Shown here: positions 18,652-28,173 of the stretch, one piece after another | Position numbering within the stretch: position 1 is the stretch's first letter | How the letters are laid out: each line of letters begins with the position of its first letter | NCBI GenBank assembly: GCA_963767005.1 | Contig: CAVYCN010000008.1 | Location: 96,001 to 160,000, forward strand | DNA: 64,000 nt | Direction of reading: 5' to 3' | From: an uncultured Actinomycetes bacterium | Lineage (GTDB): Bacteria > Actinomycetota > Thermoleophilia > UBA2241 | Program-made: the position numbers and the translations under genes | The notes under the pieces: model-generated | Database searches by the model: none | Told to the model about the DNA's origin: nothing | Seen by the model: only the letters and a program-made list of their open reading frames with translations

Positions 18652-19352
18652 TCGACGACGCCGGCCTGCGCGGCTTCGTCGACCGGTTCCAGTACCCGAA
18701 CATCAGCCAGTTCGAGCGGCCCAACGTCATCACGACGACCGTCGACTTCATCTTCAGCTGGGCGCGCTCGCACTCGGTGTTCCCGTTCACCTACGGCCTC
18801 GCCTGCTGCGCGATCGAGATGCTCTCCTCGGGCTTCGCCCGCTTCGACGTCGCGCGGTACGGCATGGAGGTCTTCCGGCCCACGCCGCGCCAGTGCGACC
18901 TGATGATCGTGGCCGGCACCGTCAACGAGAAGATGGCGCCGGTGCTCAAGCGCCTCTACGAGCAGATGTCCGAGCCCAAGTGGGTGATCGCCATGGGCGC
19001 CTGCGCGACCAGCGGCGGCCCGTTCTACGACGGCTACAACGTCGTGAACGGCGTCGACAAGGTCGTGCCGGTCGACGTCTACATCCCGGGCTGCCCGCCG
19101 CGCCCCGAGGCGCTCTTCCAGGGTCTGCTCGAGCTGCAGAAGAAGATCCAGGCGATGCGCATCGTGCCGCCGGTGACCGGCGACGTCGCGGCGAGCGAGC
19201 GCGACGAGCGCGCCGCCGCGCAGCAGGCGGTCGCCGACCTCGACGGCAGCGCCGCCGAGGTCGGCGCGGCGCAGGTCGCCGCGCCCGACACCGAGCCGGC
19301 CGTGGCGTCCGCCGCGACCGCCCGAGCCGCCCGCGACGGGGACGAGGGCTAA
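18642..19352 (+). CDS. nuoB: NADH-quinone oxidoreductase subunit B
   Basis: [44 protein letters not shown]; acidic Ala-rich tail. Confidence 0.95.
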   Translation: MGVIDDAGLRGFVDRFQYPNISQFERPNVITTTVDFIFSWARSHSVFPFTYGLACCAIEMLSSGFARFDVARYGMEVFRPTPRQCDLMIVAGTVNEKMAPVLKRLYEQMSEPKWVIAMGACATSGGPFYDGYNVVNGVDKVVPVDVYIPGCPPRPEALFQGLLELQKKIQAMRIVPPVTGDVAASERDERAAAQQAVADLDGSAAEVGAAQVAAPDTEPAVASAATARAARDGDEG

Positions 19353-19354
19353 CC

Positions 19355-19849
19355 GTGCTGCCCGCCATCGGTGCGGCCGGCCTGTCCGTCGCCGACGTCG
19401 CCGCGCGTCTGACCGAGGCCTTCGGCGACGACCTCGCCGGGCCGCGCGTCCAGGGCGCCGGCACGGTCGTCGCCGGCGTCGACCGCGCCCGCCTGCACGA
19501 CGTCGCCGAGCGGCTGCGCGCGCTCGAGGGTCTCGCCTACGAGTCGTGCAACTTCATCGCCGCGGTCGACCACGGCGACCGCTACGAGACGGTCTACCAC
19601 CTCTACTCCTACGCCTCGAACACGTACCTCGAGCTGCACGTCGACGTGCCGCGCGGCAAGCCGGCGGTGGCCACCGTGTCCGACGTCTGGCCGGCGGCCG
19701 ACTGGCACGAGCGCGAGGCCTGGGACATGATGGGCATCCGCTTCGAGGGTCACCCCGACCTGCGCCGCATCCTGCTGGCCGACGGCTGGGTCGGCCACCC
19801 GCTGCGCAAGGACTACGTCGACTCGGTCGAGAACCACCCCCATGTCTGA
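19355..19849 (+). CDS. nuoC: NADH-quinone oxidoreductase subunit C
   Basis: ADWHEREAWDMMGIRFEGHPDLRRILL..WVGHPLRKDY; start GTG 19355 approximate. Confidence 0.93.
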   Translation: MLPAIGAAGLSVADVAARLTEAFGDDLAGPRVQGAGTVVAGVDRARLHDVAERLRALEGLAYESCNFIAAVDHGDRYETVYHLYSYASNTYLELHVDVPRGKPAVATVSDVWPAADWHEREAWDMMGIRFEGHPDLRRILLADGWVGHPLRKDYVDSVENHPHV

Positions 19850-21056
19850 CCAGTTCGCGACAGCCGTGCCCGACGAGGCCATGGCCCTGGCGCTGCGCCG
19901 TATCGCCGAGTCCGAGGCCGAGGGCCAGGGCAGCGACATGGCCGGCCTGGGCTTCAACCAGGTGGTCGTCAACATGGGGCCGCAGCACCCCTCGACCCAC
20001 GGTGTGCTGCGCCTGGTCGTCACGCTCGACGGCGAGCTCGTCAAGGACGTCATCCCCGTCGTCGGCTACCTGCACCGCAGCTTCGAGAAGATCGCCGAGA
20101 AGCGCACGTACTACCAGTACATCCCCTACCCGGCTCGCACCGAGTACCTGGCCGGCATCAACTGCGAGTGGGCCTACCTGCTCGCCGTCGAGCAGCTCGC
20201 CGGCATCACGCCCACGCGCCGCGCCGAGTTCGTCCGCGTGATCATGGCCGAGCTCAACCGCATCGCGAGCCACCAGGTGGGCGTCGGCACGTTCGTGGCC
20301 GACCTCGCGCCGCTCGGCACGGCGATGGTCTTCTACGCCTTCCGTCACCGCGAGCAGATCCTCGACCTGCTCGAGGCCGCGACCGGAGCGCGCATGATGT
20401 TCAACTACCTGCGCTTCGGCGGCGTGCGCGACGACCTGCCCGACGGCTGGATCGAGTCGTGCCGGGCGGCGATGCAGAAGGTGCCGGCCTGGTGCGACGA
20501 GTACGAGCGGCTCGTCAACGACAATGCCGTCTTCCTGCAGCGCTGCGTCGGCAAGGGCGTGATCACCCAGGACGACGTGGCCGACTACGCCATCACCGGC
20601 CCCAACGCGCGCGCCTCGGGCGTGGCCCACGACCTGCGCCGCACCCGGCCCTACTCGGTCTACCCCGAGCTCGACTTCGCGGTCTGCACGGCCGAGCACG
20701 GTGACGTGTACGACCGCTACCTGGTGCGGATCGACGAGATCCGCGAGTCGGCGAAGATCGTGCTGCAGTGCCTCGACATGCTGCCGGCCGGTCCCGTACG
20801 TCTGGGCACCCTCAGGCCGCCCTACGTCATCGCCCCGCCGCCGGGCGCCTGCTACGTCGGGCAAGAGAACCCGCGCGGCGAGTTCGGCACCTACGTCGTG
20901 AGCGACGGCTCGCGCTACCCGTACCGGCTCAAGTACCGCGACCCCTGTTTTGTGAACCTGCAGATCTTTCCCAAGCTGCTGCGCGGCAACAAGATCGCCG
21001 ACGCCGTCGCCATCTCGGGGAGCATGGACATGGTGCTCGGAGGGATCGACCGCTGA
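19842..21056 (+). CDS. nuoD: NADH-quinone oxidoreductase subunit D
   Basis: NMGPQHPSTHGVLRL, GYLHRSFEK, ENPRGEFG, DMVLGGIDR; no Ni-binding CxxC pairs. Confidence 0.95.
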   Translation: MSDQFATAVPDEAMALALRRIAESEAEGQGSDMAGLGFNQVVVNMGPQHPSTHGVLRLVVTLDGELVKDVIPVVGYLHRSFEKIAEKRTYYQYIPYPARTEYLAGINCEWAYLLAVEQLAGITPTRRAEFVRVIMAELNRIASHQVGVGTFVADLAPLGTAMVFYAFRHREQILDLLEAATGARMMFNYLRFGGVRDDLPDGWIESCRAAMQKVPAWCDEYERLVNDNAVFLQRCVGKGVITQDDVADYAITGPNARASGVAHDLRRTRPYSVYPELDFAVCTAEHGDVYDRYLVRIDEIRESAKIVLQCLDMLPAGPVRLGTLRPPYVIAPPPGACYVGQENPRGEFGTYVVSDGSRYPYRLKYRDPCFVNLQIFPKLLRGNKIADAVAISGSMDMVLGGIDR

Positions 21057-22171
21057 TGGACATCTTCCTCGCCATCGTGCGGTGCGTCGTCGCGGTGCTG
21101 ATCGCCTACGGCATCGTGTTCGCCGCGGCGCTCGTCAACATCCTCTTCGAGCGCCGCGCGCTCGCCTTTCTGCAGGACCGCCTGGGCCCCAACCGGACCG
21201 GCTGGCAGGGCAGCCTGCAGAGCGTCGCCGACGCCTTCAAGATGATGGGCAAAGAGGACTTCGCCCCGAGCGCCGCCGACAAGGCGATGTTCACGCTGGC
21301 GCCGATCATGGTCATGATCGGCGCCGTCGCGATCCAGGTCGTCGTGCCCTACACGAGCGGCTGGACCGACCAGAACCTGAACGTCGGCCTCATCTACATC
21401 GTCGCCATCACGAGCTTCACCGTGCTTGCGATCCTGCTCGGCGGCTGGGCCTCCCACAACAAGTACTCGCTGGTCGGCGCGCTGCGCTCGGGCGCCCAGA
21501 TGATCTCGTACGAGGTGCCGATGATCCTCGCGCTGCTCGTCGTCGCCATGGGCGCGGGCTCGCTCAGCCTGAACACGGTGGTCGCGGTCCAGCGCCACTA
21601 CGAGTGGTTCGCGTTCACCATGCCGTTCACGTTCCTGCTCTTCTTCATCGCCTCGATCGCCGAGCTCAACCGCGGCCCCTTCGACCTGCCCGAGTCCGAG
21701 TCCGAGCTCGTCGCCGGCTACGGCACCGAGTACTCCGGCATGCGCTTCGGCATGTTCTTCCTGAACGAGTATGCCGGCATGACGATCATGTCGATGGTCA
21801 CGGTCACGCTGTTCCTGGGCGGCTGGCAGGGGCCGCTGGCCGGCGCGCTCGTCGTGCACGGGGTGGCGATCGTGCCGATCCTCTGGTTCCTGATCAAGGT
21901 GTACGCGCTCGTGTTCGCGCTCATCTGGATCCGCCTGTCGGTGCCCCGCCTGCAGGTCGACCAGCTCATGGGCTTCGCCTGGAAGGTCCTCATCCCACTC
22001 GGCCTGGTCAACGTGCTCGCCACGGCGGCCGTCGCGCTCTGGGCGCCCCACTGGAAGCTCGCCATGGCGGCCTATAGCTGGATCGCCTTGATCGCCTTCG
22101 TCGGCCTGTTCGACGCGGTGCTGCGCTGGCGCCTGCGGCGCCAGCGTCGGCGCGTTACGGTGACCGCCTGA
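21056..22171 (+). CDS. nuoH: NADH-quinone oxidoreductase subunit H
   Basis: ERRALAFLQDRLGPNR, AQMISYEVP, AELNRGPFDLPESESELVAGYGTEYSG. Confidence 0.95.
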   Translation: MDIFLAIVRCVVAVLIAYGIVFAAALVNILFERRALAFLQDRLGPNRTGWQGSLQSVADAFKMMGKEDFAPSAADKAMFTLAPIMVMIGAVAIQVVVPYTSGWTDQNLNVGLIYIVAITSFTVLAILLGGWASHNKYSLVGALRSGAQMISYEVPMILALLVVAMGAGSLSLNTVVAVQRHYEWFAFTMPFTFLLFFIASIAELNRGPFDLPESESELVAGYGTEYSGMRFGMFFLNEYAGMTIMSMVTVTLFLGGWQGPLAGALVVHGVAIVPILWFLIKVYALVFALIWIRLSVPRLQVDQLMGFAWKVLIPLGLVNVLATAAVALWAPHWKLAMAAYSWIALIAFVGLFDAVLRWRLRRQRRRVTVTA

Positions 22172-22932
22172 TGCTCGGCATCCTCAAGGCCATGGGCACC
22201 ACGCTGGCGCACCTGCCGCAGCGCAAGATCACGGTGCAGTACCCCGAGGAGCGCGAGCAGCTGCCGGAGCGCAGCCGTGGCCTGTTCCAGGTGGTGACCG
22301 ACCCCGCCACCGGCGAGCCTGCCTGCCGCGCCTGCACGCTGTGCGAGACCAACTGCCCGGTGCAGGTCATCCGCGTGAACTACACCTCGACCCACGCCCT
22401 GCCGGCGGTCGACGACGCGCGCATCACGCGCGTGCGGGCAGCGGCGCAGCCCGTGCCCGACACGACGCTGATCGCGCCGGTGATCGACCAGTACCGCAAG
22501 ACCGGCCAGGGCCTCATGGGCGTCCTGCAGCACACCCAGGAGATCTACGGCTACCTGCCGCGCCTCGCCCTGCAGGAGATCGCGGTCGAGACCGGCGTCT
22601 CGCTGTCGCAGCTCTACGGCGTGGCGAGCTTCTACGACCAGTTCCGCCTGAACCCCGTGGGCCGCTTCGTCGTGACCGTCTGTCACGGCACCGCCTGCCA
22701 CGTCGCCGGCGCGCCGCTCATCACCGAGGCCTTCTCCGAGGAACTCGGCCTCGAGGTCGGCAAGACCAGCAAGGACCGCCTCTTCACCCTGCAGACCGTG
22801 AGCTGCGTCGGCGCCTGCGCCCTGGCCCCGGTAGTGCGCATCGGCGACGATGAGACTCACGGCCGCATGACGCCCGACAAGGCGCGCAGCCTGGTCGGCG
22901 AGCTGCGCCACCGCGCCGAGGTCGACCGATGA
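22171..22932 (+). CDS. fusion: N-terminal half of NuoI (one CxxCxxCxxxCP) + NuoE/HydC-like [2Fe-2S] subunit
   Basis: Residues 1-~70: ITVQYPEEREQLPERSRG...CRACTLCETNCP (NuoI N-half). Then QEIYGYLP, GVASFYDQF, CHGTACH and CVGACALAP (NuoE). Confidence 0.88.
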   Translation: MLGILKAMGTTLAHLPQRKITVQYPEEREQLPERSRGLFQVVTDPATGEPACRACTLCETNCPVQVIRVNYTSTHALPAVDDARITRVRAAAQPVPDTTLIAPVIDQYRKTGQGLMGVLQHTQEIYGYLPRLALQEIAVETGVSLSQLYGVASFYDQFRLNPVGRFVVTVCHGTACHVAGAPLITEAFSEELGLEVGKTSKDRLFTLQTVSCVGACALAPVVRIGDDETHGRMTPDKARSLVGELRHRAEVDR

Positions 22933-24845
22933 GCGTGGCGATCGATCGCGGCAGCCTGATCGAAGCCGCCCTCGCCCGCGCGCTGCACCCCGAGAGCATC
23001 ATCGCCCACGAGGGCGCCCGCGAGGTGCGCATCTGCGCCGGCACGGCCTGCCACGCGTCCGGCCGTCCGGCCGTCACCGCCGCCTTCCGCGAGCAGCTCG
23101 CCGACAAGGGCCTGGCCGACACGGTGCGGGTCGTCGAGACCGGCTGCCACGGCTTCTGCGAGCAGGGCCCGATCGTGCTGCTGCAGCCCCAGGGCCTGTT
23201 CTACTCGCGGGTGCGGGCGACCGATGTGGCCGGCATCATCACGGCCAGCATCGAGGCCGACGGCGTCTACGAGAAGCGCCTCTACAAGCACCCGGCGACC
23301 GGCGAGCCGGTGCCCCACGAGGAGGACATCCCGTTCTACGCCGGGCAGCGCCGTCTCGTGCTCAACTTGAACGGCCGCATCGACCCCTACTCGATCGACG
23401 ACTACCTCGCCCAGGACGGCTATCGCGCGCTGGCCGACGTGCTCGTGCGCGACGACCCGGTCGGCGTGATCGACGACATCGAGAACTCGGGGTTGCGCGG
23501 CCGCGGCGGCGCCGGCTTTCCGGCCGGCCGCAAGTGGCGCTCCTGCCGGGCCAACCCCGGCGACTGCAAGTACGTCATCTGCAACGGTGACGAGGGCGAC
23601 CCCGGCGCCTTCATGGACCGCTCGGTGCTCGAGGGCAACCCGCACTCGGTGGTCGAGGGCATGATCATCGCCGCCTATGCGATCGGCTCGGGCGTGGCGC
23701 CGGTGCACGGCTTCGTGTACGTGCGCGCCGAGTATCCGTTCGCCGTGCAGCGCCTCGACGCCGCCCTCGCCCAGGCGCGCGAGCGCGGCCTGCTCGGCGC
23801 GAACATCCTCGACTCGGGCTTCGACTTCGACATCCGCATCAACCAGGGCGCCGGCGCCTTCGTCTGCGGCGAGTCCACGGCGCTCACCGCGAGCATCGAG
23901 GGCCAGCGCGGCATGCCGCGCGGCAAGCACATCCGCACCGTCGCCCACGGCCTCTACGGCCAGCCGACCAACCTGAACAACGTCGAGACGTTCGCCAACG
24001 TGCCCTGGATCGTGTCGCACGGCGTCGACGCCTACCGCGCGATGGGCACCGAGACCTCGAAGGGCACCAAGATCTTCTCGCTCACCGGCAAGCTCCAGAA
24101 CGGCGGCCTCGTCGAGGTGCCGATGGGCGCCACGCTGCGCGAGGTCATCTTCGACGTGGGCGGCGGCATGCTGCCCGGCCGCGAGTTCAAGGCCGTGCAG
24201 CTCGGCGGCCCCTCGGGCGGCTGCCTGCCGGCCGACCTGCTCGACTCGCCCGTCGACTTCGAGAGCCTGCTGGCCGCCGGCTCGATGATGGGCTCGGGCG
24301 GCATGGTCGTGGTCGACGACTCGACCTGCATGGTCGACTTCGCCAAGTTCTTCCTGCAGTTCACCCAGGACGAGAGCTGCGGCAAGTGCGTGCCCTGCCG
24401 CCTGGGCACCAAGCGCATGCTCGAGACGCTCGTGCGCATCACCGAGGGCGAGGGCCGGCCCGACGACATCGAGCTCCTCGAGGAGCTGTCCGAGTACATC
24501 ATCGACGGCTCGCTGTGCGCCCTCGGCGGCAGCGCCCCCAACCCGGTGCTCAGCACGCTGCGCTACTTCCGCGACGAGTACGTCGCCCACGTCGAGGACC
24601 GGTGCTGCCCCGCCGGTCGCTGCAAGGCGCTCATCACCTACTACATCAGCGGCGACTGCACCGGCTGCGGGCTCTGCGCCAAGAAGTGCCCGACCCAGGC
24701 GATCACCGGCGAGCGCAAGCAGATGCACGTGATCGACACCGACCTCTGCATCAAGTGCGACACCTGCCGCCAGGTTTGCAACTTCAACGCCGTCCGGGTG
24801 CACTCGGGCTCGCAGGCCGGCGCGGCCGACGGAGGTGCGGCGTGA
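22929..24845 (+). CDS. nuoF: NuoF/HydB (BfuB)-type FMN/NADH-binding subunit with N-terminal [2Fe-2S] and C-terminal 2x[4Fe-4S] domains
   Basis: CAGTAC..TGCHGFCEQGP; SGLRGRGGAGFP; NGDEGDPGAFMDRS; GAGAFVCGE; GGPSGG; ESCGKCVPCR; HVEDRCCPAGRC; CTGCGLCAKKCP and CIKCDTCRQVC. Confidence 0.92.
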   Translation: MSVAIDRGSLIEAALARALHPESIIAHEGAREVRICAGTACHASGRPAVTAAFREQLADKGLADTVRVVETGCHGFCEQGPIVLLQPQGLFYSRVRATDVAGIITASIEADGVYEKRLYKHPATGEPVPHEEDIPFYAGQRRLVLNLNGRIDPYSIDDYLAQDGYRALADVLVRDDPVGVIDDIENSGLRGRGGAGFPAGRKWRSCRANPGDCKYVICNGDEGDPGAFMDRSVLEGNPHSVVEGMIIAAYAIGSGVAPVHGFVYVRAEYPFAVQRLDAALAQARERGLLGANILDSGFDFDIRINQGAGAFVCGESTALTASIEGQRGMPRGKHIRTVAHGLYGQPTNLNNVETFANVPWIVSHGVDAYRAMGTETSKGTKIFSLTGKLQNGGLVEVPMGATLREVIFDVGGGMLPGREFKAVQLGGPSGGCLPADLLDSPVDFESLLAAGSMMGSGGMVVVDDSTCMVDFAKFFLQFTQDESCGKCVPCRLGTKRMLETLVRITEGEGRPDDIELLEELSEYIIDGSLCALGGSAPNPVLSTLRYFRDEYVAHVEDRCCPAGRCKALITYYISGDCTGCGLCAKKCPTQAITGERKQMHVIDTDLCIKCDTCRQVCNFNAVRVHSGSQAGAADGGAA

Positions 24846-27286
24846 GCGCGCAGCCTCGCGACGCCGCTAAGGCGGCCGCGCCGGCCTCCCGCCCGGTGGC
24901 CGCCGTGCCGCAGATGACGCTCACGGTCGACGGGCACGAGGTGACGTGCGACCGCGGCGAGACCATCCTGCAGGCCGCCGAGCGGGCCGGGGTGCGCATC
25001 CCGACGCTGTGCTACGAGTCGCGTCTGCCGGCCTCGGCCGCCTGCCGCCTGTGCATGGTCGAGGTCGAGGGCTGGGGCAAGCCGGTGTCGAGCTGCTCGA
25101 CCTACGCCGCCGACGGCATCGTCGTGCACACCGACACCGAGAAGGTGCGCAAGATGCGGCGGCTCTATCTCGAGCTGCTGCTGTCCGACCACAGCTCGTT
25201 CTGCACGCCGCCCTGCGCCGACGCCTGCCCGACGGGGATCAAGATCCCGCAGTTCCTCGACGCCGTCGCACGGGGCGACTACGCCGCCGGCGTGCGCAAG
25301 CTGCGCGAGGACCTGCCGTTCCCGGCGATCCTCGGGCGCGTCTGCCCGCGGCCCTGCGAGGAGCCCTGCCGACGCCGTCTCGTCGACGAGCCCATCACGA
25401 TCTGCTCGCTGCACCGCTTCATGGCCGACCAGTGCCTCGACGACGAGCAGACCGGCGAGCTGCTCCTGCCCTACGAGCCGCGGCCCGACAGCGGCAAGCG
25501 TGTCGCCGTCGTTGGCGCCGGGCCGGCCGGCCTGGCCTGCGCGTTCTACGCCCGCCTCGACGGCCACCAGGTGACGATCTTCGAGGCCGAGTCGCGGCCC
25601 GGCGGCATGCTGCGCTACGGCATCCCCAGCTTCCGCCTGCCGCGCGAGGTGCTCGACAAGGAGCTCAACGTGCTCTGGCGCCTGGGCGTCGAGCTCGAGT
25701 GCGGCAAGCGCCTCGGCGCCGACCTGCGGCTCGACGACCTGACGGCGTCCTACGACGCCGTGTTCCTCGGCTTGGGCGCGCTGCACACCCCGGCGCTCGC
25801 CGTCGCCGGCGCCGAAGCGGCCGGCGTGACCGACGCGCTCGAGCTGCTGGCCGGCCTCGAGCGCGGCGACGACGTGACGGTCGGCGGCACGGTGGCCGTC
25901 GTCGGCGACGGCTTCGCCGCCGCCGAGGCCTGCCGCGTGGCGCGCCGCAAGGGCGCGACCGACGTCACCTGGCTCGCGCCGGGCGCGCGGGCCGACATGG
26001 CGACGCCGGCGGCCGAGATCGCCGCGGCACTCGACGAGGGCGTGCGGCTCGAAGAGGCCGTGGCGCCGATCGCCCTGCAGACCGGCGCCGGCGGCGCGCC
26101 GACCGGCATCGAGCTGCGTCGCGACGGCGGCGCCACGTTCGTGCTGGCCTGCGACCAGGTCGTGAACGCCGGCGCCCACGTGCCGCAACTCGACGGCACA
26201 AGCGAAGCGCAAGGCGTGGGCCGCACGGCGGCCGGCACCGTCCGCGTGAACGACGACACCCTGCAGACCGACGATCCGCGCATCTTCGCCGGCGGCGACG
26301 CCGTGCTGGGCGCGCGCACGGCGGTCGAGGCGGTCGCCCAGGGCAAGCGCGCCGCCTGGAGCATCGACGCGTTCCTGCGCGGCCACGACATGGCGGCCGT
26401 CGCGCGCGAGCTCGCCGAGGTGCGGGCGACGGCCTTCCCGGCCGCGCTCGCGGCGCGCAAGCGGCTCGACCCGGCCGTCGCCCGCCTGGCGGACGTCAAG
26501 CCGGTGTTCATCGACATGACGGTCGACGTCTCGCACCCGGCGCCGCGGCCGCGCATGCCCGAGCTGCCGGCGGCCGAGCGCGTGACCGGCTTCGCCGAGG
26601 TCGAGCTCGGCCTGACCGAGGAGCAGGCGCGCGAGGGCGCGGCCCTGTGCCTCGACTGCCACTGCCCGGCCAACGGCGAGTGCGAGCTGCAGAGCCTCGG
26701 CATCGAGTACGAAGTCTTCGAGAACCGCTTCCACGGGCAGGCGACCCACGACTACCCGGCCGACCTGCGCCACGACTTCATCATGCGCGAGCCCAACCGC
26801 TGCATCATGTGCCTGCGCTGCGTGCGCGTCTGCCGCATGGAGGTCGGGGCGAGCTGCTACGATGCCATGGGGCGCGGCTGGGACACGATCGTCTCGACGC
26901 CCGACAACCTGCCGCTGCAGACGGTCGGCTGCATCTCGTGCGGCAAGTGCGCCGAGACCTGCCCGACCGGCTCCATCGAGATCGACCGGCGCGTGCTGCG
27001 CAGCTACGATTTAGACGAGAGCCGCTGCATCTTCTGCGGCGAGTGCGTCGAGGTGTGTCCCTACGACGCGCTCGAGCAGACCGCCTTCTTCGAGCTCGCC
27101 GGCTACAGCCGCACGAAGCTCGCCGGCGAGTCGCTGTTCGTGCGCGTCCCGCAGAAGACCGACGGGCCGCGCCCCATCGTGGCCGACGTCGAGCCCCATG
27201 TGCGCGACGCGGTCGAGGGCAGAGGCTGGCAGTGGGCGCCGCTCAAGGGCGACGGCGACCTCGACGAGATCGAGCGTGACCTCTGA
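24842..27286 (+). CDS. fusion: NuoG-like Fe-S domains with inserted GltD/NfnB-like FAD oxidoreductase + C-terminal half of NuoI
   Basis: IPTLC..ACRLCMVE..SC ([2Fe-2S]); DH..CTPPCADACP, GRVCPRPCEEPCRR, GAGPAG, GGMLRYGIP, FAGGD (GltD); CLDCHC..CELQ; CIMCLRCVRVC; CISCGKCAETCP; then YDLDESRCIFCGECVEVCPYDALEQTAFFELAGYSR (NuoI C-half). Confidence 0.88.
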   Translation: MSAQPRDAAKAAAPASRPVAAVPQMTLTVDGHEVTCDRGETILQAAERAGVRIPTLCYESRLPASAACRLCMVEVEGWGKPVSSCSTYAADGIVVHTDTEKVRKMRRLYLELLLSDHSSFCTPPCADACPTGIKIPQFLDAVARGDYAAGVRKLREDLPFPAILGRVCPRPCEEPCRRRLVDEPITICSLHRFMADQCLDDEQTGELLLPYEPRPDSGKRVAVVGAGPAGLACAFYARLDGHQVTIFEAESRPGGMLRYGIPSFRLPREVLDKELNVLWRLGVELECGKRLGADLRLDDLTASYDAVFLGLGALHTPALAVAGAEAAGVTDALELLAGLERGDDVTVGGTVAVVGDGFAAAEACRVARRKGATDVTWLAPGARADMATPAAEIAAALDEGVRLEEAVAPIALQTGAGGAPTGIELRRDGGATFVLACDQVVNAGAHVPQLDGTSEAQGVGRTAAGTVRVNDDTLQTDDPRIFAGGDAVLGARTAVEAVAQGKRAAWSIDAFLRGHDMAAVARELAEVRATAFPAALAARKRLDPAVARLADVKPVFIDMTVDVSHPAPRPRMPELPAAERVTGFAEVELGLTEEQAREGAALCLDCHCPANGECELQSLGIEYEVFENRFHGQATHDYPADLRHDFIMREPNRCIMCLRCVRVCRMEVGASCYDAMGRGWDTIVSTPDNLPLQTVGCISCGKCAETCPTGSIEIDRRVLRSYDLDESRCIFCGECVEVCPYDALEQTAFFELAGYSRTKLAGESLFVRVPQKTDGPRPIVADVEPHVRDAVEGRGWQWAPLKGDGDLDEIERDL

Positions 27287-27789
27287 TGCCGCAGGGCGAC
27301 TTCCATCCCATCCTGTTCGTGATCGTCGCCGTCTGGGTGCTGGGCTGCGGCATCGCCGTGGTCGCCCTGCGCAACATCGTGCACTCGGCGATGGCGATGG
27401 TGGCCTGCTTCCTGGGCGTGGCGGCGGCCTACGTGCTGCTCGACGCCGGCCTGCTCGCCGTCATCCAGATCCTGATCTACGTGGGCGCCATCTCGGTCGT
27501 CGTGCTGTTCGCCATCATGCTGACCGAGCAGCAGCGCACCGGTCGCGGCTTCTACTTCAACCGCCAGTCGATCGTCGCCCTGCCGCTTGCCGTCGCGACC
27601 TTCGTCGTGCTCACCGTCGTGCTCGTGACCTCGAAGATGCCGCTCAGCGGCAGCCACGCGCACAATGTCTCGCTGACCGGCATCGCAAACGGCCTCTTCA
27701 GCGCCTACGTCTTTCCGTTCGAGCTCGTCTCGATCGTCCTGCTGTCGGCCATGGTCGGCGCCATCGTGCTGGCCCGCAAGGAGGACTAG
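27286..27789 (+). CDS. nuoJ: NADH-quinone oxidoreductase subunit J
   Basis: NIVHSA, QILIYVGAISVVVLFAIML, PFELVSIVLLSAMVGAIVL. Confidence 0.93.
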   Translation: MPQGDFHPILFVIVAVWVLGCGIAVVALRNIVHSAMAMVACFLGVAAAYVLLDAGLLAVIQILIYVGAISVVVLFAIMLTEQQRTGRGFYFNRQSIVALPLAVATFVVLTVVLVTSKMPLSGSHAHNVSLTGIANGLFSAYVFPFELVSIVLLSAMVGAIVLARKED

Positions 27790-27854
27790 CCGTGCCACGC
27801 AGTCACACCTGGCTGAGCCACAACAACGCAAGCCCATTGGGGGACTAGCAGGCC

Positions 27855-28163
27855 GTGAGCCCCGTCGACTGGTATCTGACCCTCGCCTCCGGCCTCTTCT
27901 GCATCGGCGCCTACGGCGTGCTCGCGCGGCGCAACGTCGTGCTCATCGTGATGAGCCTCGAGCTCATGCTGAACGCCGTGAACCTCGCCCTCGCCGCCTT
28001 CGCCGACTTCATGCCGGGGGCCGCCGGTCGCGGCACCTTCTTCGTGCTGTTCATCATCACCCTGGCGGCCGCCGAAGTGACGGTCGGCCTGGCGATCATC
28101 GTCGCCAACTACCGCAACCGCCGGTCGGTGCAGGCCGACGAGTTCAGCGAGATGAAGGGCTAG
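27855..28163 (+). CDS. nuoK: NADH-quinone oxidoreductase subunit K
   Basis: RRNVVLIVMSLELMLNAVNL, AAAEVTVGLAII. Confidence 0.95.
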   Translation: MSPVDWYLTLASGLFCIGAYGVLARRNVVLIVMSLELMLNAVNLALAAFADFMPGAAGRGTFFVLFIITLAAAEVTVGLAIIVANYRNRRSVQADEFSEMKG

Positions 28164-28173
28164 GGGGCCCGCC

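Noticed and set aside
19842-21056. NuoD as a group-4 [NiFe]-hydrogenase large subunit
   Set aside because: No N- or C-terminal CxxC Ni ligands. It has the complex I HPSTHG motif, the conserved Tyr (RTEY) and a C-terminal IDR.
22171-22932. NuoI-NuoE fusion as a frameshift or pseudogene artefact
   Set aside because: The missing NuoI half is present in frame at the end of the 24842-27286 gene, all Cys ligands are intact, and all gene junctions are tightly coupled. Read-level confirmation is still advisable.
24842-27286. [FeFe]-hydrogenase or formate dehydrogenase catalytic subunit
   Set aside because: No H-cluster motifs and no molybdopterin-binding domain; the protein ends shortly after the NuoI-like motif.
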